From an uncultured Candidatus Obscuribacterales bacterium (GTDB lineage Bacteria > Cyanobacteriota > Vampirovibrionia > Obscuribacterales > Obscuribacteraceae): a stretch of 64,000 nt of DNA. A program made the position numbers and the translations under genes. The stretch's first letter is position 1. The number at the start of each line of letters is the position of its first letter. Below are positions 9,328 to 17,420 of the stretch, in pieces. Location: positions 62,895 to 126,894 of the forward strand of contig CAZCZI010000011.1 in the NCBI GenBank assembly GCA_964503045.1, given 5' to 3'. The notes beneath the pieces were generated by a model that worked only from the letters and a program-made list of their open reading frames with translations, was not told where the DNA came from and searched no databases.

Positions 9328-9942
9328 ATGCTACAGCAAAAGATCTCGTACAAGCCCTATGCGGAGAAGGATTTCTCGCATCTCAAGGGTCTCAACGGTA
9401 TCTCCGACAAGACCTTAGAAATCCATTTGGCTCTGTATTCAGGCTATGTCAAAAATACAAACACTTTGAACGAAAAGGTCATCGACCTCACTGAAAAAGG
9501 ACAATCGGGCTCTCCCGAGTACAGCGAACTGAAGCGTCGCTACGGTTTCGAGTACAACGGAATGCGCTTGCACGAATATTACTTCGGCAACCTGAAAGCC
9601 GGCGGTGATGGCGAACTCAAAGACTCGTCAGCATTGGGCAAAGCAGTGGTCGAAACCTACGGCTCGCTCGAGACCTGGAAGAACGATTTCTTCAAAGTCG
9701 GCACCATGCGTGGGGTTGGCTGGGCGATTCTGTATCAAGATCCGTTCACCAAAACATTGTCCAACCACTGGATTACCCTGCACGAAGAAGGCAACATTGC
9801 CGGCTTCGTACCGATTCTGGTGATGGATGTTTGGGAGCATGCATTCCTTCTGGATTACAAACCTGCAGAACGCCCGAAATATATCGAAGCCTTCCACAGC
9901 AACATCGACTGGAAGGCAGTCGAATCGAGACTGTTGAAGTAG
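9328..9942 (+). CDS. sod: Fe/Mn-family superoxide dismutase
   Basis: C-terminal signature VMDVWEHAFLLDY (Asp and His metal ligands) plus N-terminal His candidates in LEIH and RLHEYYF. 204 aa. An AGGAG Shine-Dalgarno sequence lies 7 nt upstream of the ATG. Confidence 0.8.
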   Translation: MLQQKISYKPYAEKDFSHLKGLNGISDKTLEIHLALYSGYVKNTNTLNEKVIDLTEKGQSGSPEYSELKRRYGFEYNGMRLHEYYFGNLKAGGDGELKDSSALGKAVVETYGSLETWKNDFFKVGTMRGVGWAILYQDPFTKTLSNHWITLHEEGNIAGFVPILVMDVWEHAFLLDYKPAERPKYIEAFHSNIDWKAVESRLLK

Positions 9943-9975
9943 TCAGCTTGCAAGTTTGAAGCAAATAAGCCTCTG

Positions 9976-10006
9976 GAGCCTCCGACGTGTGCGGGGGCTC
10001 TTTTTT
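9976..10006 (+). terminator. Rho-independent terminator after sod
   Basis: GAGCCTCCG-acgtgtg-CGGGGGCTC forms a 9-bp stem (one G-U pair) followed by TTTTTT. Confidence 0.75.
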
Positions 10007-10157
10007 CATCTCTGGGTTCTTTAATCCTTTTCAACAAGGGAACACCCTGGCCGCTTGAGGCTTTCAAGAAGATTTGATACGTCTTCAGATTCGTGGAAAC
10101 TCGCAAAGGGGAAAGCACAGCTAAAATTGAGTGTTCGAAATTGGCGGAGTATCGCAA

Positions 10158-10997
10158 ATGGCCGAAGAAACAAAACAAGCTGACGGTGACCTCAACCTGG
10201 AATCCCAATTCGATTTTGGTTTGGCAGAGCAGGCTTCTGAGTCTTCCTCATCTGTTGAAGAGTTGCTCGAAGGCTCCTTGTTCGATGATGACGAGTTTGG
10301 CTCTTCCGAAACGATCATAGTGCAGTCCGCCTCACATGCTCTTTCGCTGACGGATGCAGCCAGGGTTCTTGGCTCGTCGGTACGAGCGCTGGAGCGTGGA
10401 ATCATCGGGAAGTGGGGAAAGAAGCTTCCCGAGGGATGGACGGCAAGAAAGTTTAGAATCAGCGGCCGCGACGAATGGCGAATCATTCCTCCAGCCGGCT
10501 TCAGAGTAAGAATCCGCGAAAACGCCGGTTCTGCCGCTGACTACAAAGACACTGTCGATGAAGTCAAAGACACGGTTATGGAGGTCAAAGAAACCGCTAA
10601 GTTTTTCATCGATCGGTTAATCAACTCGTCGAAACAGGCAGTGAAAAACGAATTGCTCAAGCCAGAGTCCGGCTTTCAATCTCCGAAGCTTCCGGCCCAG
10701 TCTATTGAACAACCGATGATCGTAATCGACCGCTCAGACGAAGTTGAACGGCTATTGAGAGAACTCGCCGATAGCCAAAAGCAATTGGCCGAAGAACGCA
10801 AACAACATCTTGAAGACATGCGGCTTTTGGCTCAGATGCAAAATTCCATGCGCTTGCTTGAAGTCAATGCACAGCATACAGCGACCCTCAAAGATGAGTT
10901 GGCGCTAGCCAAGGATGCACTGACAGAACACAAGCGCCAGTATCAAGAGTTTCTATCGTTACCTTGGTGGAAGCGAGTCTTCAAGTCATCGCCCTGA
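10158..10997 (+). CDS. Hypothetical protein: acidic N-terminus, putative helix-turn-helix, C-terminal coiled coil
   Basis: ATG at 10158 is preceded by GGCGGAG. LSLTDAARVLGSSVRALERGI looks like a MerR/excisionase-type HTH. The C-terminus has heptad-rich LLRELADSQKQLAEERKQHLEDMRLLAQ. Confidence 0.5.
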   Translation: MAEETKQADGDLNLESQFDFGLAEQASESSSSVEELLEGSLFDDDEFGSSETIIVQSASHALSLTDAARVLGSSVRALERGIIGKWGKKLPEGWTARKFRISGRDEWRIIPPAGFRVRIRENAGSAADYKDTVDEVKDTVMEVKETAKFFIDRLINSSKQAVKNELLKPESGFQSPKLPAQSIEQPMIVIDRSDEVERLLRELADSQKQLAEERKQHLEDMRLLAQMQNSMRLLEVNAQHTATLKDELALAKDALTEHKRQYQEFLSLPWWKRVFKSSP

Positions 10998-11077
10998 TTG
11001 GTTAATATGTTTCTTTGTAGGCATGTACGAAAGAAGCGATTTCGTAGCATTCAGGCCCACTTACAAGGAACAGTCCT

Positions 11078-12139
11078 GTGGACGTAATTTTTGAGGGGCG
11101 TTTAAGCGAACAAGCCAGCATCAAAGAGGTGCTGCAACAGGTCTTCGACCAGGCGCATCCAGGAAGAACGATCTTGCGCCTCACCGCGGTCAGAGGAGAT
11201 GATTTCACCGGGCGTATCCTCATCTCCAACGGGCGGCACGTTGTCGCTGCTTCCATTGGCGAGAATCAGGTGCTTGGCTATCCTGCGCTCAAGGGACTTC
11301 TCGATCGCCAAGATTGCAGCTTTGCGCTTCTTAAGGTGAGCCCCAACGATAACCTCGACTTGGGAACAACGCTCAACATCGACCTGATGCGCATCATCAT
11401 GCTTCTTCCGGATCTTCCGGATTCTCCTGCCGGACTTTTCGATGAGAAAGGGCTTTTGGACAAACTCTTTGGCGACTTTGATGAAGAGCCGCCGGGACCG
11501 TCTCAGCCAAAAATGGGGCCTCCGGCGACGATTATTCAGTCGGCTTCTCAAAAGGCCGCGTTCGACATGCTCGAGCCCTTTCTTTCAGGCGGCTATCCGG
11601 CCGCCGATGAAGATGAAGAAGAGGACGACGAGGTTTCCGGTGATCGAGACTACGGCAGAAATCGCGAGCCGGCTAAGCGAGTTCGAGACGATAGAAGTCG
11701 AGATCGCAAACATGAAGGTGATGAATCCGAAGGGTCAGACCACATGGACTTTTCTCCTCACCAGACTCCAATCACTCCGCTGTCTCCAGTCAAGATTGTG
11801 ACACCACAGGCGATGCAGGAAAACAGCAGTCGCTTGAGACAACTTGCCAAACCCTCAAAACCTTCCAAACGGTTGCTTCGAATTCCATATGTTCCAATTG
11901 CAAGTGCTTTTGTAATCTACATGCTGACTTCTCTAATTTTGGCTTATCTGCGTCCCGGATTTGCAGAATCGTATTCATGGAGCTATTCATGGGCTACAGT
12001 AATGTGGGATTATTTGGCTCCCAATCGTCTCACCACCGTCAAGCAGCAGACCCTTGCTCCTGGTGCTCCTGTTGGTTCGCTAAAACTCAGCTGGCATGGA
12101 AAAGGTGTACAAAATGAAAGAATTTTTGTCTGGGGTTGA
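11078..12139 (+). CDS. DUF4388/PATAN-like domain protein with acidic linker and C-terminal TM segment
   Basis: The N-terminal ~90 aa (FEGRLSEQASIKEVLQQV...GRILISNGRHVVAASIG...GYPALKGLL...CSFALLKV) fits the PATAN/DUF4388 pattern. It is followed by a D/E/R-rich region and a hydrophobic helix, IASAFVIYMLTSLILAYL. GTG start. Confidence 0.55.
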   Translation: MDVIFEGRLSEQASIKEVLQQVFDQAHPGRTILRLTAVRGDDFTGRILISNGRHVVAASIGENQVLGYPALKGLLDRQDCSFALLKVSPNDNLDLGTTLNIDLMRIIMLLPDLPDSPAGLFDEKGLLDKLFGDFDEEPPGPSQPKMGPPATIIQSASQKAAFDMLEPFLSGGYPAADEDEEEDDEVSGDRDYGRNREPAKRVRDDRSRDRKHEGDESEGSDHMDFSPHQTPITPLSPVKIVTPQAMQENSSRLRQLAKPSKPSKRLLRIPYVPIASAFVIYMLTSLILAYLRPGFAESYSWSYSWATVMWDYLAPNRLTTVKQQTLAPGAPVGSLKLSWHGKGVQNERIFVWG

Positions 12140-12149
12140 AGGAGGCTGT

Positions 12150-12863
12150 GTGACACTCAAGCCTGATGACGACCACCAACTGCAAATTGCCATAGATGGA
12201 CCTGCTGGAGCCGGCAAGTCAACGCTGGCGCGGGAAGTGGCCTTGAAAATGAACTATCTGTACATCGACACCGGCGCCATGTACCGCGCCGCCGCTTGGC
12301 TGGCAATCAAGAATAATCTTTCGCTGGACAAGCCGGCTCAAATTGTAGAGGCTGTTCGCAAGTCGCACTTGGTTTTGTGGCCGCCTGATGTGCAATCGCA
12401 GGGTCGCATTCGTGTTTATATGGATGACGAAGACATAACCACGCAAATTCGCAGTAAGGAAGTAACTCAGCTTGTCAGCCCTCTTTCTGCGATTCCAGCA
12501 CTCAGAGAGATTATGGTGGAAAGGCAAAGACAAATTGCAGGAACATGCGGATCAGTTCTCGATGGCAGAGATATCGGAACAGTAGTTTTGCCTAATGCGG
12601 ACCTCAAGATTTTTCTTGTCGCGTCGCCATCAGTGCGTGCCTTGCGCAGACAAAAAGAGCTAGAAGGAATGGGTGCGACAGTCGATCTCAAAATATTGCA
12701 GCAGGAGATCGAACAAAGGGACTATCAAGATTCAACAAGAGCAGTTGCTCCTCTGCGCGCGGCAGAAGATGCAATCACAATCGACACCGATGATATGACG
12801 ATCGAGGAAGTTGTTGATACCGTTTTGTCATTGTGCAAGAACAAATTGAAAGAACGTGTCTAA
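12150..12863 (+). CDS. cmk: Cytidylate kinase
   Basis: IAIDGPAGAGKSTLAREVA P-loop followed by YIDTGAMYRA. I chose the GTG at 12150 because GAAGGAGG lies just upstream and it follows the stop of the preceding gene. In-frame ATGs at 12096 and 12114 are alternatives. Confidence 0.9.
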   Translation: MTLKPDDDHQLQIAIDGPAGAGKSTLAREVALKMNYLYIDTGAMYRAAAWLAIKNNLSLDKPAQIVEAVRKSHLVLWPPDVQSQGRIRVYMDDEDITTQIRSKEVTQLVSPLSAIPALREIMVERQRQIAGTCGSVLDGRDIGTVVLPNADLKIFLVASPSVRALRRQKELEGMGATVDLKILQQEIEQRDYQDSTRAVAPLRAAEDAITIDTDDMTIEEVVDTVLSLCKNKLKERV

Positions 12864-12880
12864 CCGATTTATTTGGCGGC

Positions 12881-15100
12881 CTATTTGCCGGCGTTTATCG
12901 GCAATTTTAGTTTCAATCTAAGAGCTTCGCCCATCTCTTCCATTCGGCGAGCCTTTCCGGTTTGTCCGAGTTGCCTCAGAAGACTCGCCCAGCGAACATA
13001 CATAGTGTGGCTAAGCACGGCGTCATGTTGTCGTAAAGAAACGAAGTAAGCGTCGTAAAACTCTTGCCCGCTTTGAAGATCTCCGACCAGTCGAGCATTG
13101 TCAGCCAGCCAAAGGAGATATGCATCATCAAGAGACTTTTCCTGAATAGCAGCTTGGTTGGCTTTGTAGTAAGCCAATGTTTCTTTCCAAGTCTCCTTTG
13201 CTCGTGCAAGATCGTGATTCGTGTAGCAAACGTTTACTGCTTGAGACAAGATGTATAAATGTTCAAGCACCTTGTCTTTTTTTGAGTTCTTCTGTGCCAG
13301 TTGAAGCGCCTCATCGAGGATCCTTTTGGCTTCATCTATGCGCTTGCCGTGCGAAAGAGATGATGCCTGCTGCATCATGAGCATTGCCACGCGCTCGTTG
13401 CCTCTTTGGACAGACCGTTCGAGCTCCACTGCTTTGGCAAGTGACTTTGAGGCCTGTTCAAAGTCGCCTGCGTGCGTTCTTGTTACTCCATCTTTGTGGT
13501 AAAGCTCGATAAGTGTTGAAACAGAAAAATTCTTTTGCAGGTTAGCGCGCGCGATTGCCTTTTGCATCACGTTGCCTGATTCTTTGTACTGTAGTTTGTT
13601 TCGCAAAATAGAAGCGATTCCTGATAATGCGCTTACTTCGTGCGTGATGTCTTTGCGCTTTGCTGCAATTTTTTCGATTGAACGAAAATCTGTTTCGGCA
13701 CCGGTCAGGTCTCCTTGAATCTCCTCGATGTTGGCAATTTGAAGAGCTAGATCTAACTCTGCTTCGGGATATTCTTTAGCGTTCAAATAGCCTTGTGCGA
13801 TTCGATCCATCGCCATTGCTTCGAGGTATCGGCCCTGGCGAACCAGTGACGTGGCAATCTCCATCGCCGGAGCAAGAAGGGCACTACTGGATTTCGAGGA
13901 GTTGTCTTCTGCGGTCTTTAGAGCCAATCTCGCTTTGTCGACATCATCGCAGCGTGCGCTTGCGGTCGCCAGACGAGCATAGAGCGCGGAGAGCAATTCT
14001 CTTTTTGCATGTATTTTCTTTGCCTCTTCAATAGATTGCTCGCAATACACTCGAGCAGCTTTCGGGTTGCCCTCATCCAGTTCGACTTGAGCCAGGCAGA
14101 ACAGTCCAAAGATTACATCTTGCGATTTGATTTTCTTTGCCAGCACGACTTGACGCTTGAATATAGATCTGGCTTTGTGAAGTTGACCGGAATTCTGGTA
14201 TGCGGTACCTAACTCGAAGAGAGTATGCATTAGTATCTGTGCGCGCACGACGATGTCTTCTCCGGGGTCGTCGGAGTTGATGGCATGTTCGGCTGCTTGG
14301 AGAACCTCCACCTCTCTTGTGAGCATAAGAATCGAACGGTCATATAGTTTGCCGGCGTTAAGACATGCAAGCAGCAGGGATTTCGCTGTTTGGTAGTTAG
14401 TATCTTCAATGTCATATTTTTTTCTGGCTTCGTCAAAGAGTGCTTGCAGCTCCTCAGCGTCGCAAAGCTGACCAGGCTTCGGTTTTACGTTGAAGAGCCG
14501 CTCTTTGAAGGTTGCGCGTTCTTTCGCGTCAATCGATTTTGCTTCTTTCTTCAGTCCATCGCCTTCGTGGAAGCGATCTTGGAGCATCTTCGAAAATTCA
14601 ACTCGAATCTTGCTGTCTGCCGGCTTGATACCCAGCTTGCTTTCGACCTTCATTGTCTTTAAGTAAACAGCTTTTGCCATGCCGATTGCATCGAGTCCGC
14701 GATGCACTTCCGCCATTTTCGTGTATGTTCGCAAACACTCTTTTAACCACTCTTGTTTAGCTTCGGCTTCGTGACTGGCGAGATAACGATCGCACATGTC
14801 TTCGGCGCGCATGACGGTGTATTTGACTTTCGCGGGGCTGACTTCCGACTCCAGGTCTGCTTGATCGTTTAACAGTTCGACCAGCCGCACGTCTTCTTCT
14901 CCGTCGGCAGCTTTGATTGCTTCCTGGCACTCTAAGGCGGATTGCTCTGCTTGTTTTTCAGCTTGCAGTTTTTTTGCCTTTGCAATGTGAGTCTCGACTG
15001 GTGGAAGCATCTGCGGTTGCGAGCAAGAAGTCATGCACGTCGACAGAAGCAGTGCTGTCACAACTGCCGAAAACAACTGAAGTGTATTGCTGCTATTCAT
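12881..15100 (-). CDS. Large TPR-like repeat protein with N-terminal signal peptide (possible lipoprotein)
   Basis: From the ATG at 15100 the N-terminus is MNSSNTLQLFSAVVTALLLSTCMTSC. The rest is helical-hairpin repeats rich in A/L/Y/E/K. The start overlaps the stop of the upstream paralog as ATGA. Confidence 0.7.
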   Translation of the reverse strand: MNSSNTLQLFSAVVTALLLSTCMTSCSQPQMLPPVETHIAKAKKLQAEKQAEQSALECQEAIKAADGEEDVRLVELLNDQADLESEVSPAKVKYTVMRAEDMCDRYLASHEAEAKQEWLKECLRTYTKMAEVHRGLDAIGMAKAVYLKTMKVESKLGIKPADSKIRVEFSKMLQDRFHEGDGLKKEAKSIDAKERATFKERLFNVKPKPGQLCDAEELQALFDEARKKYDIEDTNYQTAKSLLLACLNAGKLYDRSILMLTREVEVLQAAEHAINSDDPGEDIVVRAQILMHTLFELGTAYQNSGQLHKARSIFKRQVVLAKKIKSQDVIFGLFCLAQVELDEGNPKAARVYCEQSIEEAKKIHAKRELLSALYARLATASARCDDVDKARLALKTAEDNSSKSSSALLAPAMEIATSLVRQGRYLEAMAMDRIAQGYLNAKEYPEAELDLALQIANIEEIQGDLTGAETDFRSIEKIAAKRKDITHEVSALSGIASILRNKLQYKESGNVMQKAIARANLQKNFSVSTLIELYHKDGVTRTHAGDFEQASKSLAKAVELERSVQRGNERVAMLMMQQASSLSHGKRIDEAKRILDEALQLAQKNSKKDKVLEHLYILSQAVNVCYTNHDLARAKETWKETLAYYKANQAAIQEKSLDDAYLLWLADNARLVGDLQSGQEFYDAYFVSLRQHDAVLSHTMYVRWASLLRQLGQTGKARRMEEMGEALRLKLKLPINAGK

Positions 15101-17397
15101 CCAGATTTGGGGGGGGTTGCATTTTGCTGCTCGAGCGGCTTGTCGTACACTTCGTCTGCCGATAAATTGAGGCGCTGCCTCATATCTTCGCATTTTTGTT
15201 TGTACTGCTGAGCCTGCGAGGCGTCGCCAAGTTTTTGTGAGACGAACGCAAGTTGGGCAAGGCATTTTGCTGTCATTTTGTCTTCCGGGCGCGACTTTTT
15301 GATATCAAAATACTGTTTGAGGAAATCAAGCGATTCTTTGAAATGTCCAACCTGTTTTGAGACTACGGCGAGCCAATACAAATGCTCACAAGTGGGGTCT
15401 TCTTTCTCGAGCGACTTCCTGTTTCTTTCATAAAAATTTAGAGCTTTCTTGTAATCGGACAGCGCTTGCTCGTTCAGGTGAAGCAACCTGGAATGGATCA
15501 CCGCCATGCAATAACCTGACATTGCATAACGAATCGAAATCAAGTTGTCCGACTGCACCTTCTGTGCTGCCTCGAGGCAGGCAGCGCGGGCTTCGGTGTT
15601 TCGGTCGAGCTTGAGAAGATGCCCGGCCAGCTGCATGTTGGTGCTTTGGTACGGGTCAATTTCTTTAGCGTTCTTGCAGGCTTTGGCCGAGTCGCGAAAG
15701 CGTTTTATCGATTCTTCGGCTAGACCGAGCTTCATACAGATGCCGGCAAGCTTGTTGTTGATGCCAGCAAACGTAACGTCCTTTGGATAGTATTTGTTGT
15801 GCAATTGAACTGCTGTTTTGAAATAGGCATAGGCATTTTTCCAGTCCTTGCAGTGGGCGCTCGAGTCGCCGAGTAGCTCGTACAATGCCACTACATACAA
15901 CTTCTCACTGGCGTTTTTCATGGGCTGAAGCGCGCGCGTCAGTATACTTTCGGCCGCCTTGCAATCATCTGCCTTTATGCAGATGACGGAGGAGTCTCTA
16001 AAGGTGCCCAGCATCTGCTGTTCCTCTACCTTTACGTCGAGCAAGAGTGCCGCTTGAGCGGCTCGTTGGCAGAGAAGCGCAGCATCTTTTTGAAATTCTT
16101 TGTGCCTGACCATGCAATCGGCTGCATGCAAAATCGCCGTGATTTCGAAGGTGTACATATTCGGCCCGTCAAGGTAGTCGAAGAATTTGTGGGCTGCATC
16201 AGCGCTTGCTTTGGGATTATCGACGGTTGCATAATAGTCGGCTAGAACTCGATAACGTTCTCTCAAATTCGGTTTGTATGACTTGGCGTTGCGCTGGTAG
16301 AGCGGTATTGCCTTCAATGAGTATTCAATGGCATCATCGATTTTTCTAGACTCGGCCGCGACGTTGGATTTTTGACTGTAGGCCTCGGCGAGACTCGCCC
16401 AGTGAGGTCCTTTTAGGCGTTCCAATAACTTTATGCGCCTGTCTATCACCTTGTCGGCGTCGCTGAATCGTTTCTGAGTCATGTAGCAAGCAGTGAGTTG
16501 AACCAGATTTTTCTCGAGCAACTCGACACGGTGCATCGTATCTTGATCCATGCTCCTTTCAGAAAGATAGCACTTCTCGTCTTTTTCGTAGACGGCAGCG
16601 TCTCGCTCTAGGATCAAGCCTGCATTTGCATGGTTTCCTGATTCGCAATAGAGGCAATACAAAGTTGAACGCACGTCTCCGTAAAGCAGATCGTGAACAC
16701 CTAGATCTTGACGTGCTTTCTCATAGATTGGCTCGAATGCTTTTATGTTTTCTAGTGTAGTTCGAGAAGTCCTCTCTTTGTTGTAACTGGCAACCAGCCG
16801 GCTTATCTCTTTTCTGCGTTTGCCGCGTTGGACAAAGGGTCCGGTGGCTGAGTCCACGTCGGTTTTCTCTTGCATCGTCTTTTTCAAGAGTTGCTCAAAC
16901 TGCTTGCGAATTTTGCGGTTTTCGGCGGGCATGTCGATGCGCTCTTCGAACTCAATTGCTTTTCGGAAATAGGATTCGGATGTTGTAAATGATCCTAAGT
17001 TGGAATAAACCTGGCCGAGTCCGGAGAAGGTGGCTACTGCCTCCTTGAGCCAATTTGCATCGGTGTTGCTGTCGGAAACTTTGACGTGTCTGTCGCAAAC
17101 AGTGGCAGCTCTCTCGTAGAGTGAGCGCAGCTTCTCAATGTGATCTTCTTTCTTTTCGATTTCTGCGAGATTATTGAGTGCCCGCACGGTCTGAAGGTCA
17201 TCCTCGGCTTGCTCAGAGAGTTTGATTGCCTGATCCAACTTCAATCGAGCATCTTTCAAGTCACCTCTGGCGGTGGCAGCTTGCGCTTGCTCTATGAGTC
17301 GATTGGTCGAGACTTCTGTGGTTTTCGTGCATGCATCCATTAGGAAGGCACTACATGCAATTGCAAGCGAGGCGAGGACTGAGCCGAGACGAGACAT
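15097..17397 (-). CDS. Large TPR-like repeat protein with N-terminal signal peptide (possible lipoprotein)
   Basis: MSRLGSVLASLAIACSAFLMDAC signal-like N-terminus. 766 aa of TPR-like repeats (for example ARGDLKDARLKLDQAIKLSEQ and LNNLAEIEKKE). Confidence 0.7.
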   Translation of the reverse strand: MSRLGSVLASLAIACSAFLMDACTKTTEVSTNRLIEQAQAATARGDLKDARLKLDQAIKLSEQAEDDLQTVRALNNLAEIEKKEDHIEKLRSLYERAATVCDRHVKVSDSNTDANWLKEAVATFSGLGQVYSNLGSFTTSESYFRKAIEFEERIDMPAENRKIRKQFEQLLKKTMQEKTDVDSATGPFVQRGKRRKEISRLVASYNKERTSRTTLENIKAFEPIYEKARQDLGVHDLLYGDVRSTLYCLYCESGNHANAGLILERDAAVYEKDEKCYLSERSMDQDTMHRVELLEKNLVQLTACYMTQKRFSDADKVIDRRIKLLERLKGPHWASLAEAYSQKSNVAAESRKIDDAIEYSLKAIPLYQRNAKSYKPNLRERYRVLADYYATVDNPKASADAAHKFFDYLDGPNMYTFEITAILHAADCMVRHKEFQKDAALLCQRAAQAALLLDVKVEEQQMLGTFRDSSVICIKADDCKAAESILTRALQPMKNASEKLYVVALYELLGDSSAHCKDWKNAYAYFKTAVQLHNKYYPKDVTFAGINNKLAGICMKLGLAEESIKRFRDSAKACKNAKEIDPYQSTNMQLAGHLLKLDRNTEARAACLEAAQKVQSDNLISIRYAMSGYCMAVIHSRLLHLNEQALSDYKKALNFYERNRKSLEKEDPTCEHLYWLAVVSKQVGHFKESLDFLKQYFDIKKSRPEDKMTAKCLAQLAFVSQKLGDASQAQQYKQKCEDMRQRLNLSADEVYDKPLEQQNATPPKSG

Positions 17398-17420
17398 GCC
17401 CTTATTCTCTTAACTGGGGG

